Source of the DNA: Aureliella sp.
Lineage (GTDB): Bacteria > Planctomycetota > Planctomycetia > Pirellulales > Pirellulaceae
Length of the DNA stretch: 64,000 nt
Direction: 5' to 3'
NCBI GenBank assembly: GCA_963691875.1
Contig: OY829846.1
Coordinates: forward strand, 2,752,001-2,816,000
How positions within the stretch are numbered: position 1 is the stretch's first letter; each line of letters begins with the position of its first letter. Shown one piece after another: positions 20,627-29,222 of this stretch. Position numbers and translations under genes: made by a program. The notes below the pieces were generated by a model. The model searched no databases. It was not told where the DNA came from and was given only the letters and a program-made list of their open reading frames with translations.

Positions 20627-21682
20627 CTAAGCTGGATGTTGTTGAGAAGCGCAATGAAAGGCTCCGAGTCCCCAGCAAAGGTCGTAGGCATTAAGCGGGA
20701 CGATGGTCCGGTCCGGGAACAGTTCGCTAAATGTCTCCAGCGCCATTGAGTCTGTGCGATCGTTGCGAAAGGTCGGTACGATCACGGTCTTGTTGGTGAT
20801 CAAGAAGTTGCAGTAGCTCTCAGGGACGCGTACGTTTCCAACAAACCGAGGTGGAGGAGTGGGTAGCGTATGAACCTGCAGCGGATCCGATTCTGCGGTC
20901 TTGGAGCTTCTGAGGATGCGAACGTTTTCTAACAGGCCAGAGCGGTTTGGATCGCTTTCAACACTGCTTACCGCCGCCACGACGGTGTTTCGTTTCACAA
21001 AGCGCGCTATTTGATCGATATGGCCATCGGTGTCATCGCCTTGTAGTCCGCCACCATCAACCCAAACTATCTGCCGAGCCCCCAGTTGCAGCTGCAGCTC
21101 TTCGCTGATCATCTTTCTGTCCCAGCCGGGATTTCGGTTCGGATTGAGCAGACAGCTGCTAGTCGTCAGAAGCGTCCCCGCTCCGTTGCCATCCAGAGCG
21201 CCGCCTTCGCAATAGATGGCAGACATACTGCGCTGACATCGAAGCTTGATGCATATTTTGGTCGCAGCTGCCGCGTCTAAATCATAGGGCGGATACTTGT
21301 TTCCCCATGCATTGTATTTCCAGCAGACTCCGACCAATGCTCCATCATTCTGCCGTTTTACAAATGTGGGTCCAAAATCGCGAATCCAAGCATCGTTGGT
21401 CCTGATATTTACAAAGTAAACGTTGGAGCGACCGTTGAGGGCTTGCAAATGGGATTCGGAAAGCAGCTCCTCTGCCGCAAGAATAAAAACCGGTTGATGA
21501 TCACTGATCGCATTGACCAGCTGGTAGAACACGTCCGGAATGGGGGCATAATTGTCGGGCCACGTCGCGCGGTTGTGCGGCCATGCAAGCCAAGTCGCAG
21601 CCTGAGTTTCCCACTCGGCTGGCCACTGATGTGGGCTATCGATATTCAAAGGTAGGCCTCGTCCTGTATAAGGGGCAAGCAC
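20627..21682 (-). CDS. aguA: Agmatine deiminase family protein
   Basis: WPAEWE, DAWIRDFGP, EGGA, DDTDGHID, SYCNF, C-terminal GAFHC catalytic Cys. Confidence 0.9.
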   Translation of the reverse strand: MLAPYTGRGLPLNIDSPHQWPAEWETQAATWLAWPHNRATWPDNYAPIPDVFYQLVNAISDHQPVFILAAEELLSESHLQALNGRSNVYFVNIRTNDAWIRDFGPTFVKRQNDGALVGVCWKYNAWGNKYPPYDLDAAAATKICIKLRCQRSMSAIYCEGGALDGNGAGTLLTTSSCLLNPNRNPGWDRKMISEELQLQLGARQIVWVDGGGLQGDDTDGHIDQIARFVKRNTVVAAVSSVESDPNRSGLLENVRILRSSKTAESDPLQVHTLPTPPPRFVGNVRVPESYCNFLITNKTVIVPTFRNDRTDSMALETFSELFPDRTIVPLNAYDLCWGLGAFHCASQQHPA

Positions 21683-21786
21683 AAGTTTCGGGGCTTATTG
21701 GTTCTATTAGGGTCTGCTACATAAGCTTCCTAGGTGTTTTCCACTCGCTTCCCTTTCGGGTGAATCTCAAGACATGAAGTAATTTT

Positions 21787-22659
21787 CTAATCGATGAATC
21801 GTTTGACAATGTCCTGGTAAGCATCGACGCGGCGATCCCGCAAGAACGGCCAATGGGTTCGCGTCGAGTCGATGTGTGAAAGGTCGCAATCGACTAGCAG
21901 CATGTCTTCCTGCGCTACCGACGAACGAGCGAGTACTTGCCCCTGCGTATCACAGGCAAATGACTGTCCCCAGAACTCAATATCGCCTTCTGTTCCGCAA
22001 CGATTGGCGGCAGCGACAAACAGCCCATTGGCAATCGCATGGGATCTCATCATGGTTTCCCATGAATCGTGCTGGGCAGATCCGAACTCTTGTTTCTCTT
22101 CGTGCAGCCACCCGATGGCGGTTGGGTAAAGCAAGATCTGTGCATCGCGAAGCGCGAACAAACGTGCTGCTTCGGGATACCACTGATCCCAACAAACGCC
22201 AACGCCCAACGTGGCATATCGAGTCTTCGCTACCGTGAAACCCAGGTCGCCGGGCGTGAAGTAAAACTTCTCGTAGTACGAAGGGTCGTCTGGAATATGC
22301 ATCTTGCGATACAGGCCAGCTTGGGAACCGTCAGCATCGAAGGTAACGGCAGTGTTGTGGTAGAGCCCCGAGGTGCGTTTTTCAAATAGCGAGCAAGTGA
22401 CAACGACTTCGTGCTTTTTCGCCGCCTTGCTCAATGCGCTACTCGTGGGCCCAGGAATTTCCTCGGCTAGATCAAAATTGCGATGATCTTCCGACTGGCA
22501 AGGGTAAAGCGTGTTGAACACTTCCTGCAAGCAAACTATGTGGGCTCCTTGATCTGCCGCGTCTGCAATCCTTGACAAGGCTACACTAAGGTTCTTTTCT
22601 TTGTCTCGGGTGCAAGTTTGCTGCACCAGAGCCAAACGAATAGATGAGGAAGAAACCAT
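21787..22659 (-). CDS. aguB: N-carbamoylputrescine amidase (nitrilase family)
   Basis: E-K-C triad LQEVF / YRKMHIPDD / VCWDQW; YEKFYFTPGD; adjacent to aguA; track start 22716. Confidence 0.88.
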   Translation of the reverse strand: MVSSSSIRLALVQQTCTRDKEKNLSVALSRIADAADQGAHIVCLQEVFNTLYPCQSEDHRNFDLAEEIPGPTSSALSKAAKKHEVVVTCSLFEKRTSGLYHNTAVTFDADGSQAGLYRKMHIPDDPSYYEKFYFTPGDLGFTVAKTRYATLGVGVCWDQWYPEAARLFALRDAQILLYPTAIGWLHEEKQEFGSAQHDSWETMMRSHAIANGLFVAAANRCGTEGDIEFWGQSFACDTQGQVLARSSVAQEDMLLVDCDLSHIDSTRTHWPFLRDRRVDAYQDIVKRFID

Positions 22660-22823
22660 GCGGAGAAAAAACGTGAGCGAAAGCGGCGTGGGAGGCGAAC
22701 CCGGGGGATGGCTCAATTAGCGGTGTGAGAAGAGCGGACAGTATAGAATAATGTGAGGCGGAAATACAATGTGCGTGAACTTTTTGTCATAGCTTACTCG
22801 AACAAATTGACTCTCCGAACAAC

Positions 22824-23447
22824 ATGCAGACCGCCGGAATTTTCGTAGTTGGCACCGACACTGAAGTCGGCAAGACATATCAATGCGTTGAATTTGCACG
22901 TGCTTTGACGCCGAGCCGTTCTGTAGGGGTATATAAGCCTGTCGCAAGTGGTGGCTCAGGAGAAAGCGGTGACCCGCAGTTGCTTTGGAAGGCCGTTGAT
23001 GAGAAATGGCCGATTGAGCGCATCTGCCCCCAAGTGTTTCAGGCTCCAGTGGCTCCTCCCGTTGCCGCTGGCCTTGAGTCTAGAGAGGTAGACGAGCAAC
23101 TGCTGAGGGAGGGCGCAGAGTGGTTTGAAGGCAGGTGTGACTATCTGATAATCGAAGGTGCGGGAGGTGTGCTTTCGCCGATTTCCAACTCGATGACGGT
23201 CCTTGATCTCGCAGAGTCATTGCAGCTGCCTATCGCGCTGGTCGCCGCCAATAAACTCGGAGTTGTAAACCACACTCTGTTAAGTATCACCGCGATTGAG
23301 TCGCGCGGATTGCAGCTATCCTCCATCGTCTTGAATTCTTGGGATGCGTTTCAGGATCCTTCGCAGCTGTCGAATAAACGCTTGCTGAAGCAATTCACCC
23401 AGATTCCGATCCTAGGGAGTCTGGTCGAACTTGCTGAAGATCTATAA
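22824..23447 (+). CDS. bioD: Dethiobiotin synthase
   Basis: GTDTEVGKT, YKPVASG, IEGAGG, LGVVNHTLL. Confidence 0.93.
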   Translation: MQTAGIFVVGTDTEVGKTYQCVEFARALTPSRSVGVYKPVASGGSGESGDPQLLWKAVDEKWPIERICPQVFQAPVAPPVAAGLESREVDEQLLREGAEWFEGRCDYLIIEGAGGVLSPISNSMTVLDLAESLQLPIALVAANKLGVVNHTLLSITAIESRGLQLSSIVLNSWDAFQDPSQLSNKRLLKQFTQIPILGSLVELAEDL

Positions 23448-23548
23448 TTCCCTCTCTTGTCCCGTAAGAGCTTCGATAAGTTACGGGTTGGAAATCCGTC
23501 GAGCTTATTCACTCGAACTTAGTAATGCACTCACGAAAGTAGTCTGAA

Positions 23549-24610
23549 ATGGCCACTGAGCAAGAAGCCCGCACCGCCCAGTACGATGCAATTCTCTTGG
23601 TTTCCTTTGGCGGTCCCGAAGGTCCCGATGACGTGATGCCGTTTCTGGAGAACGTGCTGCGTGGGAAACCAGTACCGCGAGAACGCATGCTGGAAGTGGC
23701 TGAACATTACAAACACTTCGACGGCGTGAGCCCAATCAACGATCAGAATCGGAAGTTGATCGACGCTCTGCGGAAAGAACTGGACGCGAATAATGTCGAC
23801 TTGCCCGTCTATTGGGGCAACCGCAACTGGCATCCTTTGCTACCGGATGTAGTGGAACAAATGCGTGCCGATGGCAAGCAGAAGGTGATTGCGTTTTTCA
23901 CGAGTATGTTCAGTTGCTACTCAGGTTGTCGCCAGTATCGCGAAAACATTATCGACGCTTGCGAGCAAGTTGGTGAATCTGCACCGACAATTCAAAAAGT
24001 TCGCAAGGGTTTCAATCATCCGCTCTTCGTCGAAGCGCAGGCGGAGCTCGTTGGACAATCGCTCGCATCTTTCAACGAAGAGCAAAGAACTGCGACCATG
24101 ATACTTTTCACCGCTCACAGCATACCGATGTCGATGGCAGAGCACAGCCGTTACGTAGCTCAGTTGACAGAAGCATCGCGACTTGTTGCAGAGCAGCTCG
24201 GTCACGACAGCTGGGAGTTGGTGTATCAAAGTCGAAGTGGTCCGCCACAGCAACCTTGGCTGGAGCCCGACGTCTGCGATCGCATCGAAGAGCTTGCCGC
24301 AAAGGGCGTAAAAAGCTTCGCCGTGGTTCCAATAGGCTTCATCTCGGATCATATGGAAGTACTCTTTGACTTGGACACGGAAGCCAAAGACATCTGCGAG
24401 AAGCTGGAGGTTGACTTTGTGCGAGCCCCGACGGTTGGCGTACATCCCAAGTTTGTCGCCATGATTCGCGAGCTTCTGGAAGAGCGGATCTATGATCTTC
24501 CGGACCGACGATCGATCGGTGAACTTGGGTCAAGCCATGATGTCTGCCCCGTAGATTGCTGTCTTTATCCACGTCCTCAACGCCCTGGTCGTCCGGCCCC
24601 GGCGCAGTGA
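23549..24610 (+). CDS. hemH: Ferrochelatase
   Basis: LLVSFGGPE, FTAHSIP, YQSRSGP..PWLEPD, PIGFISDHMEVLFDLD. Confidence 0.94.
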   Translation: MATEQEARTAQYDAILLVSFGGPEGPDDVMPFLENVLRGKPVPRERMLEVAEHYKHFDGVSPINDQNRKLIDALRKELDANNVDLPVYWGNRNWHPLLPDVVEQMRADGKQKVIAFFTSMFSCYSGCRQYRENIIDACEQVGESAPTIQKVRKGFNHPLFVEAQAELVGQSLASFNEEQRTATMILFTAHSIPMSMAEHSRYVAQLTEASRLVAEQLGHDSWELVYQSRSGPPQQPWLEPDVCDRIEELAAKGVKSFAVVPIGFISDHMEVLFDLDTEAKDICEKLEVDFVRAPTVGVHPKFVAMIRELLEERIYDLPDRRSIGELGSSHDVCPVDCCLYPRPQRPGRPAPAQ

Positions 24611-24908
24611 GCCTGGTCTGTTCCATTCTCTGCTTTTTGCTTTTCTGAGTAGCGAATTGCTCTGGCTCGGTCTTCGTCAAACTCGCTCCGTCTTTACTTA
24701 ATTCCGACGCTAGACACTGAATTTCGGTCAACGTAGCGTGGCAGCCGGGAAAATCTAAGAAATCTCAAGGCGGACCGTTCAAAATGGTACGCACATTGCC
24801 TCCGGTTTCTTGCGATTCTGTGGTCGCCTGAGGCGGACGAAAAGAGAGCAGAAATTCTATTCAAAAACTGCGCCCGGATTCTGGCCCTCGCTGCACTAAC
24901 GAGATGTT

Positions 24909-26693
24909 ATGAGCGACAGCACGCCTAAAAACAAGCTTCTGAATCACCTTTCGTGTCTCGCTGATCAGCCGGACGAACGAGACAAGCTGCAACCCGATGC
25001 AGAGCTCCTGGCTCTGTATTTGGAAGCTGGTGACATGGAAGCGATGGAGCAATTGATTCGTCGCTACTCAACCATGGTGGCCACTGTTTGCCGCTTGACG
25101 GTTTCCGACGCGGCTCACGCTGAAGATGCCTTTCAGGCAACTTTTTTGGTGCTGCTGCAATCGGCAAAGAAGATTCAGAAGCGAGCATCGGTTGCAGCCT
25201 GGCTGCACGGAGTCGCTTATCGGACCGCCAGTCGAATCCGCAGTAAGCACTTCTCGACTCCCACCCACACCAAGAACTCAGGTTGCGACGATGTGATCAA
25301 GCCATGTGACAATGAAACTGATCCGGCATCGGAGTTGGCCCGCAAAATGGAACTCGAGGCACTTGACCGGGAGCTTGAGAATCTGCCAGAACGTCTTCGG
25401 GCTCCATTGGTCGAGCATTATTTGCTCGGACATTCCGCGCCGGAGATCGCCGAGCGAATGGAGTTGAGCTTGAGTGCGGTTGAAGGAAGGCTAAAACGAG
25501 GCCGTCGAAAGCTGCGTACGCTGCTTGCTAAACGCGGTATCAGCTTGAGTGTGTTGGCGGCTGGCAGTTTGTTCTTTCAGAATCACTTGGCCGCATCGGA
25601 AAGTCTGGCTTGGACAAACAACTTTGTGGATTCCCATCTACCGAGTGGAGACTTGCCGACCGACGCGCAGCCTCCACTGACTCCGAATCCGGAGGTCTCA
25701 TCTTTAGCTCAAGAGGAAATGATGATGTTAGCTATAAACGCAAAATCTTCAATCGCCGCTGCCATCATGGTGACTGCAGGAGCACTGGCCGTTTGGGCCG
25801 CCGATCCATTCGATCATGGACAAGACAATCAGCAGTCGGGATCGTCTGGTAAGGCGAGCACAGCGGTAGCGGACGCGACTGTACAGGCAGTGCCGCCAGC
25901 TCAGTCTGCTCCCGTGAAGTTCTTCCCGCCCAAAGCCAACGCGATAACGCCTGCGAGCACACTTGGGCAATTCGGCGGAGTTCAAGAGGGGCTCGGTGGT
26001 GGTGGTTTGGGAGATGGTGGCGGCAGCCGAGAGCCGGAAGGTCCTCTAGTAGCTTGGACCAAACCTGAAGGCGACGCCCCTGGATGGCTTTCTGCTGGCA
26101 GTCAAGCAGTGAGTGGGGCAGAAAAGCATCGAACCTATCTCAGTCAAGAGCTTCAGTTCGACTGGCAGGGCGTCTCGTTGCGTGATGCAATTGAGCAAAT
26201 CGCTGACGATGCCGGAGTCCAATTTGAGATTTCGACTGACGAACTCGATTTACTGGGGGTCGATGTCGATACACCTGTCGCGGCTACAGGGCGCGGCCCC
26301 ATGCGAGAAGTTTTCCGACGGATCCTCAAACCACTAGAGCTGACGTATCGCGTTAACGAAAGCTCGATCGAGATTACCTCGATGGAAGATGCCGAAGCAA
26401 ACCCGGCAATTCGCTTCTACGATCTTAGCTTTATCTTGCCCAACACGGCCAATCTCGAAAGCTTGCAGAACGCAATCCAGCAATCCATCAATCCCGATTC
26501 GTGGTATGACAACGGCGGCAATAGTAGCATCACCAATGTTGGCTCGATGATGGTGGTCGGAGCTCCTGAAGAAGTGCATCAGAAAGTTGAAGTATTCCTG
26601 ATGAAAATCGGACAGATGAATCCGAAAAACTTGGAATCGCCTGTAGGAAAACGCAGCTTAGGCGGAGGATCGAATGGGGGCGGAATGTTCTAA
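24909..26693 (+). CDS. ECF sigma-70 factor with hydrophobic segment and C-terminal STN/secretin-N-like domain
   Basis: Region 2 AEDAFQATFLVL..WLHGVA; region 4 LPERLR..EIAE..AVEGRLKRGR; hydrophobic SIAAAIMVTAGALAVWA; C-terminal VSLRDAIEQIA..RILKPLELTY..IRFYDL..INPDSW. Confidence 0.85.
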   Translation: MSDSTPKNKLLNHLSCLADQPDERDKLQPDAELLALYLEAGDMEAMEQLIRRYSTMVATVCRLTVSDAAHAEDAFQATFLVLLQSAKKIQKRASVAAWLHGVAYRTASRIRSKHFSTPTHTKNSGCDDVIKPCDNETDPASELARKMELEALDRELENLPERLRAPLVEHYLLGHSAPEIAERMELSLSAVEGRLKRGRRKLRTLLAKRGISLSVLAAGSLFFQNHLAASESLAWTNNFVDSHLPSGDLPTDAQPPLTPNPEVSSLAQEEMMMLAINAKSSIAAAIMVTAGALAVWAADPFDHGQDNQQSGSSGKASTAVADATVQAVPPAQSAPVKFFPPKANAITPASTLGQFGGVQEGLGGGGLGDGGGSREPEGPLVAWTKPEGDAPGWLSAGSQAVSGAEKHRTYLSQELQFDWQGVSLRDAIEQIADDAGVQFEISTDELDLLGVDVDTPVAATGRGPMREVFRRILKPLELTYRVNESSIEITSMEDAEANPAIRFYDLSFILPNTANLESLQNAIQQSINPDSWYDNGGNSSITNVGSMMVVGAPEEVHQKVEVFLMKIGQMNPKNLESPVGKRSLGGGSNGGGMF

Positions 26694-26716
26694 GCTGCCG
26701 GCGCAGAAACATAATC

Positions 26717-26761
26717 AGTCAAAGCAGACCTGCCCAAGTGCAGGCCTGCTACTTGACTTTT
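26717..26761 (+). terminator. Putative terminator after ECF gene
   Basis: AGTCAA-AGCAGACCTGC / GCAGGCCTGCT-AC-TTGACT imperfect stem then TTT. Confidence 0.5.
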
Positions 26762-27116
26762 CCAAGTGCCTTCGGCAAAGGGGGCATTGGCGGAGGTGGT
26801 AACGGAGGCCGGGGCGGCAAATAGTCTGTGGATCAAAGGTGGGTTACTCTGGGCTTAGATGCCCACTAGAGCGATCCGAATTAAGGTTGTAACTGAGGAA
26901 CTCGGTCGCTCGCACATCCTGCTTATCGAAGGGGCTTCCGAGCTAGCCGCCGTTTCTTTAGTTCGAAGTCCTGCCTTTATGCGGAAGGCCGCGATTGACA
27001 TTTGGTTCGCTTGCTTAAGCCCGATGCCTCGCGGCGATGCAGCTCGCAATACAGCAGATAGCGTCTTATCGCTCACATGCTTCGGAATTGTTCAGCAGGC
27101 ACTTGTCCGTTTCGCC

Positions 27117-27929
27117 TTAGTTGTTTCCGTCTAGAGCTTCGACAAAGGAGGTGTTTTGCAATTTCTCCGTTCTGGCGGAGGCCTTAATCAGTCGTTTGAT
27201 TTCCTTGCAAATACGATCCGCGACCACGCCTGAGCTGGTGTGTGCCGCAAGGCCCAATGCTGCCCCGGCTGGACCGCCAAGCACCCCCCCGATCCCTGCA
27301 GCCGCCACGCGGCCTGACACCCTCGCCAACTGTTTGCTTTGAGCCGCGCCGACACCGTAGCGACAGGAAGCCATGAGTGTGGCCAGTTCGACACCGTCGG
27401 CGAGCATGGCAGCTGGATGCACTTTGGTTGCAGAACGCAAAAGTGCTTTCGCTCCTAGTTTCGTGCCCAGCGACCAGATCCCTTTTGTAGCGGCAGAAGC
27501 CAGCGCAGCCACGACTGCTTCACTGAATTCAATCTGCTGACTCTCCCATCGTCCCGTGGCGCACAGCATCGCAAAGTGCTCGCAGTTGCCATCCAGCAAA
27601 CAATAGCCAGATTGCCCAAGAGCTTCTTCAGCCGCCAAAGCACATATTTCCGGCGGTAATGCTTTTTCATGCTCAATTACCTGCAGTTCCTTACCTTGCA
27701 AGAAATCCTTCATGGTATCGCGACGGACCGAGAAGTTCTGCTCCTTGTCGTCGATCGCCATACGAGCTCCTTTTTCAGGTGCCAGGTGAATGACAGTGTC
27801 ATCACCCATATCAATTCCATGATGCTGAAACGGAATTCCGTGTAGAGTGCTGTTGACGAATATGTGCCGACCGCGATCAGGCATCACTTCGATTTGGGCT
27901 TCTGGCAAGTGTTCGTTTTCCGCAGACAT
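27117..27929 (-). CDS. LRAT-family (permuted NlpC/P60) acyltransferase/hydrolase with Gly/Ala-rich tail
   Basis: HHGIDMGDDTVIH and GYCLLDGNCEHFA..CATG; C-terminal GIGGVLGGPAGAALG. Confidence 0.85.
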   Translation of the reverse strand: MSAENEHLPEAQIEVMPDRGRHIFVNSTLHGIPFQHHGIDMGDDTVIHLAPEKGARMAIDDKEQNFSVRRDTMKDFLQGKELQVIEHEKALPPEICALAAEEALGQSGYCLLDGNCEHFAMLCATGRWESQQIEFSEAVVAALASAATKGIWSLGTKLGAKALLRSATKVHPAAMLADGVELATLMASCRYGVGAAQSKQLARVSGRVAAAGIGGVLGGPAGAALGLAAHTSSGVVADRICKEIKRLIKASARTEKLQNTSFVEALDGNN

Positions 27930-28344
27930 GGCGTTCTCCGAGTATTCTCCCTCTCTATTCTAGATTATTTCCGTAGTGGACTTCTGAGAAGCCGACGCGT
28001 TGGCGAGTGACAGGGCTGATCCATCACTGGCCTGTCGTTTTCCCAAATTCGCACGCAAATCGTTAATACAGGAAGGAATTCTGGCGAATCCAGTTACTCC
28101 ATACTCCTAGATGTTATTGGCTCAAAAACTTGACGCCCAGGGCGTTTTTAAATGAATCTGCAAAGTCAAGATAGCACCTAGCAAATCCCTACAGCCGTTC
28201 AAGTATTCTAGCCTTCGAACGAAAAACAATGGCAAGAAGCATTTCGAAAGACAATTCGCACTCAGTGCCTGCTTGACTACCGAAGCAACTTGCTGCAGGG
28301 GCTAGATTCCCGACCACACTCACCCATTTGTTGGATACGCCACT

Positions 28345-28954
28345 ATGTCCAAACAATCGATCCAAATTTCAGAGTATCAGAAAGAGGAGTAGCAAGAAGA
28401 AATCATCGATCTGCTCTCGGTACCTCAGACATTAATGCTGTTTATGCGCACCGAGGCTCTGGTGTTCTTTGCGCTGCAAGGAACCAATTCCTTGCTGGAC
28501 TACCTCAGTGAGAACTCGCTAACCACCGCCTTGTTCACCTCGTTCTATCGACCGTATTTGAATTTAATGCTGGACATCTCTCCAAAGATCGCACGTGATT
28601 ACGAAGACATCCGTAGCGGCAAGGAGATGATGCCAATCGCTTCGGAGATTGTCGAACAGGTTGATAGCCGAATTATCATGCAAGCCGTCGAAACGGCTGT
28701 TGCAGCAACGCTAGGGATCTTCGGCGTAACACTTCTGTGAATCTACCCTCATACACTTAGCGGCGCTGTTCGCTACGTGATTGGCAAAATGCAAACTCAC
28801 CATGGACGAGGCCGACGCAGAAGCTATCGAGGAGGGCGGAACCAAACTGGTTGAGGCGGTTGGCCCGAATGCGGGAAAGGTTGAACTTCGGCTCAAGACG
28901 GCGGCCTCTTACGCTTTGGCGCCCGGCGATATCGTAAGCCGCATCATCCTCTGA
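28345..28954 (+). pseudogene. Probable decayed gene of unknown family
   Basis: ATG 28345 is in frame with ORF 28435-28740 but broken by TAG 28390; protein-like MDEADAEAIEEGG... follows in another frame from 28802. Confidence 0.4.
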
Positions 28955-29222
28955 CCGCGACACGTAGGATTTGTCTGTTGACTATTGCTGGCACTCTTGC
29001 CACGTGCCTTTTTCCTTTACCCGACTTTATAGCCCGATGTTTTTTGGACTAGCACGCTCAAATCGCATTGCAAAACCGCAAAACTTGCCAAATCATAACC
29101 ATCCGAGGCTAAAGGTCCGTTTAGCCAATGCAAACTTCGCAGCAGAGGCCATGGTTTGCAGTCCCAACTTGAAATAGCTGGGTTAAAATGGGGGCTCCTT
29201 TCACCTCACTCCCATTCCGCCA

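Noticed and set aside
26855..27134. Short ORFs between the ECF and LRAT genes
   Set aside because: No RBS or recognisable motif; convergent intergenic region with hairpins
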